A model generated the notes under the pieces. That model saw only the letters and a list, made by a program, of their open reading frames with translations. It ran no database searches and was not told where the DNA came from. Below, in pieces: positions 1 to 8,966 of a stretch of DNA of 64,000 nucleotides (position 1 is the stretch's first letter; each line of letters begins with the position of its first letter). The DNA lies in NCBI GenBank assembly GCA_051531975.1, contig JAOPTT010000016.1, forward strand, positions 24,831 through 88,830, given 5' to 3'. Position numbers and translations under genes: made by a program. This DNA comes from Spirochaetaceae bacterium (lineage in GTDB: Bacteria > Spirochaetota > Spirochaetia > DSM-2461).

Positions 1-253
1 TTGCATATCTTAGATTTATAATGTTTTCATTTTTTACTTTCTGTAATATATCTTTTGGTAAATTAGCAATTACCTTTGCTTGTGTCATTGAAGAAGAGTA
101 AACGATACAAGGTCTCTGTATATCTTTAAATTTAAAATAAATATGTTTTGGTTGAAAGCCAAAAAGCTGAGATATTTTTTTTGTAATTATTACTTCGTCA
201 CTTCTATATTTATCATAAAAATCGTCAATGTCTTGCTTTGTCAAAAGACCCAT
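1..253 (-). CDS. PilZ/PlzA-like c-di-GMP receptor, N-terminal part (runs off window)
   Basis: My translation from ATG at 253: MGLLTKQDIDDFYDKYRSDEVIITKKISQLFGFQPKHIILKFKDIQRPCIVYSSSMTQAKVIAN. The 'PCxxYSxSM' pattern resembles spirochaete PlzA N-termini. Not in the ORF track because it is truncated. Confidence 0.6.
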   Translation of the reverse strand, partial: MGLLTKQDIDDFYDKYRSDEVIITKKISQLFGFQPKHIYFKFKDIQRPCIVYSSSMTQAKVIANLPKDILQKVKNENIINLRYA

Positions 254-280
254 ATTTTTCTATCTCTTTTAATATAATTT

Positions 281-453
281 ACCCAAAATGCCGTCCAGCA
301 ATTTATTCTCTTGAACTCTTTTGTTCAAGTGGGCTTCCTATATACACATCCTGTTTCACTATAAATAGTTAACAATTCAGTAATAAAGAGTAGGAATCCC
401 TTAGATTAGTTTTGTAGAAAGAGAATATTACTGTACAAACGAACATCCCAGGC
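281..453 (-). ncRNA. ssrS: 6S RNA
   Basis: About 173 nt directly after the zapA stop. 5' CCTGGGATGTTCGT pairs with 3' ACGGCATTTTGGG; internal stems GGGATTCCTA/TAGGAAGCCC and CTTGAAC-N7-GTTCAAG; classic zapA-ssrS synteny. Confidence 0.85.
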
Positions 454-458
454 AGTTA

Positions 459-734
459 TTATTCTAATGCTTCATTTAGGTTTTGTACAAGTCTTTCGAT
501 GTGATTTTCTAATAAAATTGATGAACTATTTTTGGATTTCATTATATCATCTATTAAAAACAAAGATGTTAATAGAGAACATTTTATAGGATCTTTAATA
601 TTGAGTTTTTTTTTGGTGTCATTTGTTTTTTTTTCTAAAATTTCAATGATCTGTTCCATATATTCTCTACTCTCTTTTGATTTAAAAGTTATTTGAGTAT
701 CTAATATATTTATTTGGAACAGATCATCATTCAT
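459..734 (-). CDS. zapA: cell division protein ZapA
   Basis: 91 aa, 'INILD..ITFKS...YMEQII...' ZapA-like pattern; lies between a ZapB-like gene and 6S RNA. Confidence 0.75.
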   Translation of the reverse strand: MNDDLFQINILDTQITFKSKESREYMEQIIEILEKKTNDTKKKLNIKDPIKCSLLTSLFLIDDIMKSKNSSSILLENHIERLVQNLNEALE

Positions 735-1663
735 TAGAAGATTTCTAACATTGGAATAGTATAATTACTGTTTTTTTTCTTTGGTTTATCATCAGATTTT
801 TTTGTTTCATCAATAGGTGCTGCATCAGAAGATGTCTCATCTGTTAATTCACTTTCAATAATATCCTCTGTTGTAGCTTGATTGTTTTCATCTATAGCTG
901 TCTCAATTTCATCTACAATCTGTGTTTCAGTTTCTAATATATCGTCTTCGTTATTATCAACATCCTCAACTACAATTGATTCTTCAATTGCAATCGATTC
1001 CTCAACTACAATTGATTCTTCAACTGCAATAGATTCTTCAACTGCAATAGATTCTTCAACTGCAATAGATTCTTCAACTGCAATAGATTCTTCAACTGCA
1101 ATAGATTCCTCAACTACAATAGATTCCTCAACTACAATAGATTCTTCAACTGCAATAGATTCTTCAACTGCAATAGATTCTTCAACTGCAATAGATTCTT
1201 CAACTGCAATAGATTCTTCAACTGCAAGAGTAACGGTATCATCTAATATAACATCGTCAGATTCAGTATTTACTTCGTCTGTTTCATCTTCTAACTCTAA
1301 AGTCAAAGAGTCTTCAGTACTGTTCTCAGCCTGCTCAGAATGATCGTCTTTTTGATTATTTTCTTCTACAACGATTTCAGTTTCTTCGCTAGGGGAAAGC
1401 CTTACTGAAGTTTCCTCTTTTTCTTTATTTTGTTCCACAATATCAAGATCATCTAATTTAGAAATAGCGTCCATAAGACCTAATTCAATTTTAGTCTGTC
1501 CATCCTCTAAGGATAAAACAATACTTTCAAGATCAGTAATCTTGTTTTCATAATCAGAAAGAGTGGATCGCAATTGAGCGTTTTCCTCTCTTAAAGTACT
1601 AATTAAACTAACAGCTTGTTTAATCTTTGCATCAAGTTTTTGTACCTGTTCAAGAGTTATCAT
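734..1663 (-). CDS. ZapB-like coiled-coil protein with long acidic repeat tail
   Basis: N-terminal heptads (LEQVQKLDAKIKQAVSLISTLREENAQL), directly upstream of zapA; tail has about 15 (I/L)(A/V)VEES units. Confidence 0.65.
   Translation of the reverse strand: MITLEQVQKLDAKIKQAVSLISTLREENAQLRSTLSDYENKITDLESIVLSLEDGQTKIELGLMDAISKLDDLDIVEQNKEKEETSVRLSPSEETEIVVEENNQKDDHSEQAENSTEDSLTLELEDETDEVNTESDDVILDDTVTLAVEESIAVEESIAVEESIAVEESIAVEESIVVEESIVVEESIAVEESIAVEESIAVEESIAVEESIAVEESIVVEESIAIEESIVVEDVDNNEDDILETETQIVDEIETAIDENNQATTEDIIESELTDETSSDAAPIDETKKSDDKPKKKNSNYTIPMLEIF
959..1228. repeat. 18-bp coding tandem repeat, about 15 copies (GATTCTTCAACTGCAATA; IAVEES)
   Basis: Directly visible in DNA and protein. 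Confidence 0.95.
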
Positions 1664-1666
1664 TTA

Positions 1667-2026
1667 TTATGCTCCTATAGCTTTTTTAGATGCAACAACA
1701 ATTGCACTAAATGCTTTTGGATCTTCAATTGCTAGGTTAGATAATACTTTTCGGTCTAAAGCAATTTCAGCTTTTTTTAGTCCGTTGATGAATCTGGAAT
1801 AATTCATACCTTCAGCTCTAACTGCTGCAGAAATTCTAGTAATCCAAAGTCTTCTAAACTCTCTCTTTCTTACTTTTCGGTCTCTGTAGGCGTACTTTCC
1901 TGCTTTAGCAACAGCATCTTTAGCTGTTCTAACACAATTTTTTCTTCGTCCCCAGTAACCTTTTGCTAACTTAAGAACTTTTTTTCTTCGATCTTTTCGT
2001 CTAGTTCCATCAACTGCTCTTGGCAT
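1667..2026 (-). CDS. rplT: 50S ribosomal protein L20
   Basis: [28 protein letters not shown] motifs. Confidence 0.98.
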   Translation of the reverse strand: MPRAVDGTRRKDRRKKVLKLAKGYWGRRKNCVRTAKDAVAKAGKYAYRDRKVRKREFRRLWITRISAAVRAEGMNYSRFINGLKKAEIALDRKVLSNLAIEDPKAFSAIVVASKKAIGA

Positions 2027-2041
2027 TCTTGTCTCCTAATT

Positions 2042-2239
2042 TTACCCGTAAGGTAAAAGTCTTTTAATTCTTGGTACTTCACAATCACTTACAACAACAC
2101 AATGTCGAAGCTTTCTTTTTCTTTTCGCGGATTTTTTCGTTAGAATATGACGAGTTCCCTGAGATTTATATTTTACTTTCCCAGTTCCTGTCATTTTGTA
2201 TCTTTTCGCCGCGCTTTTTCTTGTTTTCATTTTAGGCAT
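2042..2239 (-). CDS. rpmI: 50S ribosomal protein L35
   Basis: [21 protein letters not shown]...HILTKKS. Confidence 0.98.
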   Translation of the reverse strand: MPKMKTRKSAAKRYKMTGTGKVKYKSQGTRHILTKKSAKRKRKLRHCVVVSDCEVPRIKRLLPYG

Positions 2240-2260
2240 TTTTGATACATCCTTTGTATT

Positions 2261-2779
2261 TTATTTTTTTACTTTAGGACTTAATATCATTGACATAGTT
2301 CGGCCTTCCATCGCCGCTCTTTTATCTAAGATATAACACTCTTCAAGTAATACAAGTACTTTATCTAACACAACTTTTCCAAGCTCTGTATGTGCTAGTT
2401 CTCTTCCCCTAAATCTAATAGTAACTTTTACTTTGTTACCTTCTTCTAGGAAAGTTCTTACATGTTTTGTTTTAAAATCTAAATCATGTTTTTCTATTTT
2501 TGGTTGCATTCTAACTTCTTTTAGCTTTACAACCTTCTGATTCTTTTTTGCTTCTCTTTTTCTTTTTTCTAAATCAAACTTATATTTACCATAATTTAAG
2601 ATTTTACACGCAGGTGGATTTGCTTGTGGTGCAACCTCTACAAGGTCTAACCCATTTTCTTGTGCAATCGATAGAGCTTCTGAAGTTAAAACTATACCAC
2701 GTTGCTCTCCTTCATGATCAACTAAACGCACTTCCCGAACTCTTATGTTCTCATTGATTCTTAACTCTTTTTGTGCCAA
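2261..2779 (-). CDS. infC: translation initiation factor IF-3
   Basis: [34 protein letters not shown] motifs; likely TTG start at 2779 after SD AAGGAG. Confidence 0.97.
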   Translation of the reverse strand: MAQKELRINENIRVREVRLVDHEGEQRGIVLTSEALSIAQENGLDLVEVAPQANPPACKILNYGKYKFDLEKRKREAKKNQKVVKLKEVRMQPKIEKHDLDFKTKHVRTFLEEGNKVKVTIRFRGRELAHTELGKVVLDKVLVLLEECYILDKRAAMEGRTMSMILSPKVKK

Positions 2780-2846
2780 ATCATCTCCTTTGGTAATCAA
2801 CTCAATTATTAGCTAAATGTAACTAATGTTTTAATTTAACCAGCAA

Positions 2847-2875
2847 AATATATCACTTCATTAAAATATAGTCAA
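2847..2875 (-). promoter_or_regulatory. sigma70 promoter of infC operon
   Basis: TTGACT-17 bp-TATATT with extended TG. Confidence 0.65.
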
Positions 2876-2945
2876 ACTAATGACTTTATTAAATGATAAT
2901 TTATTAAAACTTGTATAAAAAATAATAAAATGCTATGTTTTTTTT

Positions 2946-3557
2946 ATGTTATTATTTTCTATTGTCAGTTTACCATGTTTATATCTGTTAATAACTAATA
3001 AAAATAGTTATAAGGAACTTGTTATCTTTTTTAATGGTTGTATTATATCATCAATTGTATCGATAATAACATGGGCTTTTAGTACATTCTTACTTTTTGA
3101 CTCAGATTCTTTAATAAATATAACAATTAAATTTATATTTATAATAATCGTGCCATTGATTTTTCTGTTTGGGTTTTATACTTATGCACATTTAAGTAAA
3201 AGAATATTTAAGAATATTCCTAAATCTTTTGTCTGTGGTTTCTTGTATTGGAACTTATTGTTTTCATTGCTATTAGATATCAGAGTAACAAGCAGTTTCA
3301 ATTTATTGATTATGCCATTATATTATATGTTGCTATTCTATGTATTTTCTAAATTGGATAATGTCGAATTTAAAAAAAATAATAAGATCTATAAGATAAT
3401 TTATATTATTTTAATTCCATTCATTATATTGATAATAAACACATTAACACTTTTGTCTGTATTTATTTCAATATTCGTTTTTATTATAATTTTAGTATTT
3501 ATGTTAATGATTAAATTAAATATTTTGAATATAAAAAACAAGCTGTTCATAACATGA
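2946..3557 (+). CDS. hypothetical integral membrane protein
   Basis: 203 aa, several hydrophobic segments. Confidence 0.6.
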   Translation: MLLFSIVSLPCLYLLITNKNSYKELVIFFNGCIISSIVSIITWAFSTFLLFDSDSLINITIKFIFIIIVPLIFLFGFYTYAHLSKRIFKNIPKSFVCGFLYWNLLFSLLLDIRVTSSFNLLIMPLYYMLLFYVFSKLDNVEFKKNNKIYKIIYIILIPFIILIINTLTLLSVFISIFVFIIILVFMLMIKLNILNIKNKLFIT

Positions 3558-4279
3558 AGTTTTTTTATCTAGTTTTTGTGTTTTTGCTCTTATCGTGTAC
3601 CAATAGTGTTAATAAAGCGGTGATTTTTGATGAATACTATCATCTCAACTTAGAGATTGATATTGAAGAGGGTTGGCTCTTTAACAGAATAAAACTTACA
3701 GATGAAAATTTTGAAGTTCTTTTTAATTATGATGAAGTGATTGTGTCTCCTCTAATATATGCTTTCTATAAAAAAAAGTGGGAACAATTTAAAGGCATTG
3801 TTCATGTCCTTGAAGCTGATAAACAGAATATAGGAAAATCTCATATAAAAATATTTGTAAACAAAAATAGGTCTTATCAGGAACTCGTATCTCAAATAAA
3901 TAATTATGACAGAATTTCTGTTATTATAGAAAACAGTTCAAAATACAGTAATAAAGATATCGATTATCTAAAAAAACAATTAATAGAAAAAAATCTAATT
4001 TTTTTAATAATTACTGAGCAGACTAATAAAAAAGTAATTGATAATTTTATTTCAAATAATTCAGAAACAGAATTATGGATAATAGATAGTTCGGAATTAG
4101 GGTTTTATACTTATGAGAAAATACAAGATGGTAAAATTGTTCTTGCTGACGCTGGGGATCTCTATCGAATTAATTCTAATATAATATTTAGTTTTGAATT
4201 AGATGTCTCGAAAGAGATTTCTAAATATATAACAAGTCAAGTTGACTATGTCAGTTATAATTTAGAAGCTCATTTTTAA
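3554..4279 (+). CDS. hypothetical lipoprotein
   Basis: Signal peptide with lipobox LLLS-C; ATGA overlap with upstream gene. Confidence 0.6.
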   Translation: MKFFYLVFVFLLLSCTNSVNKAVIFDEYYHLNLEIDIEEGWLFNRIKLTDENFEVLFNYDEVIVSPLIYAFYKKKWEQFKGIVHVLEADKQNIGKSHIKIFVNKNRSYQELVSQINNYDRISVIIENSSKYSNKDIDYLKKQLIEKNLIFLIITEQTNKKVIDNFISNNSETELWIIDSSELGFYTYEKIQDGKIVLADAGDLYRINSNIIFSFELDVSKEISKYITSQVDYVSYNLEAHF

Positions 4280-4459
4280 ATTAAACAATGTATAAAATAT
4301 TTTTTGATACAATATAATAATTTATTTAAGCTCTAACATGTCATAGAAAATATTGAAATCTTAAAAAAAATAATGCAAAATAATTGGAAATAATAGATTT
4401 TAATAAAAAAGTTATTTATTTTTAGCTCATATAAGACGATAAATAAAATGAGATTATGT

Positions 4460-4488
4460 TTGACAATAGATTCCTAACGAAATATAAT
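4460..4488 (+). promoter_or_regulatory. consensus sigma70 promoter of flaA pair
   Basis: Perfect TTGACA-17 bp-TATAAT. Confidence 0.85.
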
Positions 4489-4529
4489 TTCAAGGAATAA
4501 ACGTGTATTTACTAAGTAAGGAGTTCTAG

Positions 4530-5285
4530 ATGAGACAAAAAGGTCTGTGTTTATTGGTATTATTTATAATTATGCCTATAACAGTCTTTGCTGATAGCTT
4601 AATAACTAAAGAAGCAATTGTAGTTGAAACATTCGATGGTGAAGGTTTAACTAATAATCAAGGTACAGGAAATCCAGTTATATGGAAAGTTAGAGGTAGC
4701 AAATTTTCAACAGAGGGATACCCTAAAAAAGCATTTGCTAATGCATTTCCTGAGGATCTGTTTGGTAAAAACCCTGAGAATGCTGCAGATTTAAATAGTC
4801 TCGCTGTATTAGGAAGCTTTACAAGAAAAGGTTTTAATTATCTTGAAATGGTACCTGGAGAGGGTGAGGGTGAAGAGTGGAATGCTGAACCTTTAGTATT
4901 ACCTGGAAAAATAGAGTATTTCGACTTATGGTTATGGGGATCTAATTATGATTATTCTCTTGAGTTGCATATAGTTGATTTCCAAGGAATAGTTCATGTT
5001 ATTGAGATGGGTTCAATTAAACATATAGGCTGGAAACATATGTATGTTAAAATCCCTGCTCATATTAAGCAAACTAAACAATACTTACCTTTCTTTGAAG
5101 GTCTTAAGCTGACAAAGTTAGTTGTTAGAACTGATCCAAAGGAAAGAGTCGATCTTTTTTATCTTTATATAGATCAATTAAAAGTATTAACAGATACTCA
5201 TATATTTAATTTTGATGGTGAAGACTTAACTAATAAAGCTAAGATTGATGAAATATGGGGAGGATCTAGCGATGATCAAGAATAG
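4530..5285 (+). CDS. flaA: flagellar filament outer layer (sheath) protein FlaA family
   Basis: Signal peptide; WKVRGSKF, DLWLWGSNYDY, GWKHMYVKIP, YLYIDQLK motifs. Confidence 0.85.
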   Translation: MRQKGLCLLVLFIIMPITVFADSLITKEAIVVETFDGEGLTNNQGTGNPVIWKVRGSKFSTEGYPKKAFANAFPEDLFGKNPENAADLNSLAVLGSFTRKGFNYLEMVPGEGEGEEWNAEPLVLPGKIEYFDLWLWGSNYDYSLELHIVDFQGIVHVIEMGSIKHIGWKHMYVKIPAHIKQTKQYLPFFEGLKLTKLVVRTDPKERVDLFYLYIDQLKVLTDTHIFNFDGEDLTNKAKIDEIWGGSSDDQE

Positions 5286-5991
5286 TAAAAAGATATTATT
5301 TATAGTAATTGCATTATTTATTTGCACATTGCATGGTTATACTGAAGAAGGAATTTCAGAACCAGATCCCGGTTTAATTGGAATCGAATCTGCCCAGCAG
5401 AGTCTAAGAGAAGTTTCCATCTCTAAATTTGAAGATGCAGCATTTTGGTATGCAAAAATAGGTGCTGATTCCGGTATTATTACTGTTAGAGATAAAAAAG
5501 GATCACCTACAGAAAAAGAAGCTATTGAAGGTGAAGAAGAAGCTGGAATTAGCGAAGACGATAATAACGTACTAGGTGTCCGTGTTGACTTCTTTAAACG
5601 TGGTATGGTTGATTTTACTATTAATCCTATTAGACCATTACCAATAGAAGGTATTACTAAAACTGTATCTTTATGGGTTGTTGGTCGTAATACTAGACAT
5701 ACTTTAAAATTAATTATTAAAGATCATTTTGGAAATTATGCTGAATTAACTATGGGACAATTAAACTTTTCTGGTTGGAAGAAGATGGTAGTAGCTATCC
5801 CTACAAATATAGTTCAAAGAGATTACCACTATAATGATAAAATGGGAATTCAAATTATTGGGTTTAAAGTTGAGTGTGATTTAGAAGAAACTTATGGTCA
5901 ATACTATCTATATTTTGATGATCTAAGAGCTGTAACAGATCTGTTTGCAGAACAAAATAGAGATGCAGATGATGTCTCTGATGATTGGTAA
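5272..5991 (+). CDS. flaA: second FlaA-family flagellar sheath protein
   Basis: KTVSLWVVGRN, LNFSGWKKM, YYLYFDDLRAVTD; start at ATG 5272 after GGAGG. Confidence 0.85.
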   Translation: MIKNSKKILFIVIALFICTLHGYTEEGISEPDPGLIGIESAQQSLREVSISKFEDAAFWYAKIGADSGIITVRDKKGSPTEKEAIEGEEEAGISEDDNNVLGVRVDFFKRGMVDFTINPIRPLPIEGITKTVSLWVVGRNTRHTLKLIIKDHFGNYAELTMGQLNFSGWKKMVVAIPTNIVQRDYHYNDKMGIQIIGFKVECDLEETYGQYYLYFDDLRAVTDLFAEQNRDADDVSDDW

Positions 5992-6005
5992 ACATTCTAT
6001 TTATT

Positions 6006-6044
6006 AAAAAAATTGGTCCTGATAATAATCAGGACTTTTTTTTT
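6006..6044. terminator. bidirectional intrinsic terminator
   Basis: GTCCTGAT-loop-ATCAGGAC flanked by A and T tracts, between convergent genes. Confidence 0.8.
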
Positions 6045-6885
6045 ATTTAGATATTATCTCATTACAAAATTTATAATAATGACTTTCTTTTGTTTTAGTT
6101 TCAAAGTTATGAATATATTCTTCGATTTGATAAGGTCTAATATTTGAACGTGATTGGTAAATTAAAAATAAGTTTTCTAAATCTTTATCATATTTTGAAT
6201 CTGTTATTTTAATACTAATTAATTTAGACAAAGATACGATATCTAAAATATTTTGAAAAATCGAATGTGTATTAGTATTCATATATTTTCCAACAACTTC
6301 AATATGAACTTTAGGAAAGTCCCAAGATTTTAATAAATCAGATGCTACCTCATGATTATCTAAACCAAATTGGTCTACTTCTAATGCAGATAATTTACTT
6401 TTATATTGTTGATTAGTATATATAGAACTGTATTTATCATTTGAGAAATTATATAATAATGCTTGTCCTATATTATGGAGTATTCCAGCTGTAAATAGAT
6501 CATCAGCAATAACGGATTTCCCCATGTCATTCGCAATTGCTTGAGCTATAAAAGCTGTATTTAATGATTCTCTCCAATAATCACTATAAAATTGATCATT
6601 TTGATTATTTATAATTTCAGAATTTATAATTAATAAGCATATTGCTTTAAGCTTGTTAATTCCTAGTAATGTAATACAATCCTTAATAGTTGTTATTTCA
6701 TTTACTCTTGTATAATAAGAAGAGTTTGAAACCTTTAATAACCTAGTAGTTAAGCATGGATCAATTTTTATTATATCTTCTAGTGTTTTGGATGATAAAT
6801 TATTATTTTGCATTCCAAGTATTTGAGACACTACTGTCGGGTTAACTGGAAGATCAAATATATATTTATTATATAGTCCTATCAT
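6043..6885 (-). CDS. stand-alone HDOD domain protein
   Basis: LPVNP, IDPCLTTRLLKVSNSSYY, FTAGILHNIG, GLDNHEVA...WDFP. Confidence 0.85.
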   Translation of the reverse strand: MIGLYNKYIFDLPVNPTVVSQILGMQNNNLSSKTLEDIIKIDPCLTTRLLKVSNSSYYTRVNEITTIKDCITLLGINKLKAICLLIINSEIINNQNDQFYSDYWRESLNTAFIAQAIANDMGKSVIADDLFTAGILHNIGQALLYNFSNDKYSSIYTNQQYKSKLSALEVDQFGLDNHEVASDLLKSWDFPKVHIEVVGKYMNTNTHSIFQNILDIVSLSKLISIKITDSKYDKDLENLFLIYQSRSNIRPYQIEEYIHNFETKTKESHYYKFCNEIISK

Positions 6886-7694
6886 GTACTTTCCTTTATT
6901 TTAAAAACTTCTCTTATATTTATATCTAGCTGACTCTTTAACGTATCAATACTAATACCGATACTTTGAGCAATAAAATTATACGTATGCACTATATTAC
7001 ATTGTGTATTTAATTTACCTCTTAACGGTTGTGGTGATAAGTATGGTGAATCTGTTTCAATTAACAACTTGTTTAAAGGTATATTGTTTATGCATTCTAA
7101 CAAATTTGAATTATTCTTATAAGTTATATTTCCAGCAAAAGAAATATAAAAACCTAATTTTAGAAATTCGTCCATAAACTCAATGGTGGAACTAAAACAA
7201 TGAATTATACCCGAAAGTTTGCCTTTATATTGTTTTAGAATATTTAATAAGTCATCAGAAGAATCTCTGTTGTGGATAATTATTGGTTTTCCACATTTTA
7301 TTGCTAATTCTATATGCTGAATGAAAAATTCTTTTTGAATTTCTTTTTTAGTGTGTTCCCGGTAATAGTCTAATCCTGTTTCTCCAATTGCTACAATTTT
7401 AGGATTATCTAATTGATCTTCAATTTTTTTCATTCTTAAAGCTGTATCTCCAACAGCATAATTGGGATGAATTCCAACGGTATGCAAGATATAAGAGTTT
7501 TCTTTAGAATAGTTAAGTCTCTCATTTAGATGATTTTCATCAATTCCAACGTCAATTAAATATTTACCACTTTTATCGTGCCAATTTTTTATAGTTTGTG
7601 ATACATCTATGTTTTTTTTCTTCATTTCTAATATGTGAAAATGTGAATCACTTAATAGGTCAAAATCTTGATTAATCATTCCTAATATAAACAT
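6882..7694 (-). CDS. tatD: TatD family deoxyribonuclease
   Basis: DSHFH, GIHP, AIGETGLDY, IIHNRD, IIHCFS, IETDSPYL. Confidence 0.93.
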   Translation of the reverse strand: MFILGMINQDFDLLSDSHFHILEMKKKNIDVSQTIKNWHDKSGKYLIDVGIDENHLNERLNYSKENSYILHTVGIHPNYAVGDTALRMKKIEDQLDNPKIVAIGETGLDYYREHTKKEIQKEFFIQHIELAIKCGKPIIIHNRDSSDDLLNILKQYKGKLSGIIHCFSSTIEFMDEFLKLGFYISFAGNITYKNNSNLLECINNIPLNKLLIETDSPYLSPQPLRGKLNTQCNIVHTYNFIAQSIGISIDTLKSQLDINIREVFKIKEST

Positions 7695-7751
7695 ATTTTA
7701 ATATAAAAAAAAAGTGGAGGTTATAAATATTTATTATTTCTATGAACACTA

Positions 7752-7780
7752 TTGACCATATTCATCTGTTTATATAATAT
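7752..7780 (+). promoter_or_regulatory. sigma70 promoter of tRNA-Leu copy 1
   Basis: TTGACC-17-TAATAT. Confidence 0.7.
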
Positions 7781-7792
7781 TGCAATTGTTCC

Positions 7793-7876
7793 GCCGAAGT
7801 GGTGAAATTGGTAGACACAAGGGATTTAAAATCCCTCGGGCCTCGGCCTGTACCGGTTCAAGTCCGGTCTTCGGTA
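7793..7876 (+). tRNA. tRNA-Leu(UAA) copy 1
   Basis: Acceptor GCCGAAG/CTTCGGT, anticodon arm AGGGA-TT-TAA-AA-TCCCT, long variable arm, T loop GTTCAAG; CCA not encoded. Confidence 0.97.
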
Positions 7877-7877
7877 T

Positions 7878-7903
7878 AAGCAACTCAATTGAGTTGCTTT
7901 TTT
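7878..7903 (+). terminator. intrinsic terminator after tRNA copy 1
   Basis: AAGCAACTC-AATT-GAGTTGCTT plus T tract. Confidence 0.85.
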
Positions 7904-7911
7904 CTTGCCTA

Positions 7912-7940
7912 TTGACCATTTTTAGGCATTTATGTAACAT
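7912..7940 (+). promoter_or_regulatory. sigma70 promoter of tRNA-Leu copy 2
   Basis: TTGACC-17-TAACAT, same geometry as copy 1. Confidence 0.7.
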
Positions 7941-7952
7941 TTAAATAATTCT

Positions 7953-8036
7953 GCCGAAGTGGTGAAATTGGTAGACACAAGGGATTTAAAATCCCTCGGG
8001 CTTCGGCCTGTACCGGTTCAAGTCCGGTCTTCGGTA
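7953..8036 (+). tRNA. tRNA-Leu(UAA) copy 2
   Basis: Identical to copy 1 except one C/T in the variable-arm loop. Confidence 0.97.
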
Positions 8037-8037
8037 T

Positions 8038-8064
8038 AAAGCAACTCTTTTGAGTTGCTTTTTT
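8038..8064 (+). terminator. intrinsic terminator after tRNA copy 2
   Basis: AAAGCAACTC-TTTT-GAGTTGCTTT plus T tract. Confidence 0.85.
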
Positions 8065-8148
8065 GTTTTATAATTGATTTTCATTGCACAAGCTTTAGTT
8101 AATATATCAAAATACCGACATATAAACAAAAGGCTTAAAGGGTATTTT

Positions 8149-8910
8149 GTGAAACGTAATGTTTTTGTGTGTATATTTTTAATATTTATTTCCAATTATA
8201 TATTCTCTGATATTGTTCATACATTAAAAGAGGGTGAAACTATATATGGTTTAAGTAAAAAATATGATATTGCAGTAAAAGAGATAATTAAAAAAAATAA
8301 TATTTATGATATCAATGCATTAATTGTTGGTACTGAATTATTTATTCCACAAATTGATCTCATAGATAAATTTTATACTGTAAAGAAAGGTGATACTTTA
8401 TACAGCATCTCTCAAAAAAATAATATTCCACTTTCAGTATTTATGGAGTATAATGGATTAATTAGGAATGATTATATTTCTTTGGGGCAGATTTTAAAAT
8501 TACCTAAAAAATATGGGACTAATAAAAAAGAGATAATAATTCCTAAAAGTCCTGAGATAACTGGTACTTCAATTCCTTATTGGCCATTAGAAGGTAATAT
8601 CAGTAATTATTCAGGTAGAATACGTGGTGTACAAATTGATGGCAAATCGGGAGATTTTATTCAAGCTGTGTCATCTGGTAAAGTTATATGGTATGATTCA
8701 TATAAAGGTATTGGGAAAGTTGTTTTGATTGAAGGTGAGAATGGTTATGATTACCTTTATGGGACGAAAGAAGATTTTAATGTTAGTATGGGAATCCAGG
8801 TACTTGCTGGTGAAAGGTTAGGGAGGTTAAAAGAAAGCAATACGAGTATTATTTTTTCAATTTTTAAAAATGGGAAACCTTTGAATGATTTATCAAAGGC
8901 GCCAAGATAA
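8149..8910 (+). CDS. 2x LysM plus degenerate M23-like domain protein (NlpD-like)
   Basis: HTLKEGETIYGLSKKY and YTVKKGDTLYSISQK LysM repeats; WPLEG...AVSSGKVI M23 scaffold lacking the His ligands; likely GTG start at 8149. Confidence 0.85.
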   Translation: MKRNVFVCIFLIFISNYIFSDIVHTLKEGETIYGLSKKYDIAVKEIIKKNNIYDINALIVGTELFIPQIDLIDKFYTVKKGDTLYSISQKNNIPLSVFMEYNGLIRNDYISLGQILKLPKKYGTNKKEIIIPKSPEITGTSIPYWPLEGNISNYSGRIRGVQIDGKSGDFIQAVSSGKVIWYDSYKGIGKVVLIEGENGYDYLYGTKEDFNVSMGIQVLAGERLGRLKESNTSIIFSIFKNGKPLNDLSKAPR

Positions 8911-8966
8911 TCAGTTAATACTGATAATATATTTATTATTAAATTTAAAAATAAAAAAGGGTTATT

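Noticed and set aside
959..1228. Possible CRISPR array
   Set aside because: Head-to-tail 18-bp units with no spacers, in frame within a CDS; no cas genes in the window.
882..1343. 153-aa + strand ORF with TAIDSS repeats
   Set aside because: Antisense shadow of the IAVEES repeat in the ZapB-like gene; no SD or promoter.
4407..4442. sigma28 promoter upstream of flaA (GACGATAA)
   Set aside because: No TAAA-like -35 at the 15-bp spacing; a perfect sigma70 promoter lies just downstream.
7793..8036. tRNA duplication as attL/attR of an integrated element
   Set aside because: Both copies are full length with their own promoter and terminator; only 76 bp lie between them and there is no integrase.
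7986..8195. 69-aa minus-strand ORF
   Set aside because: Antisense to tRNA-Leu, its terminator and the LysM gene start.
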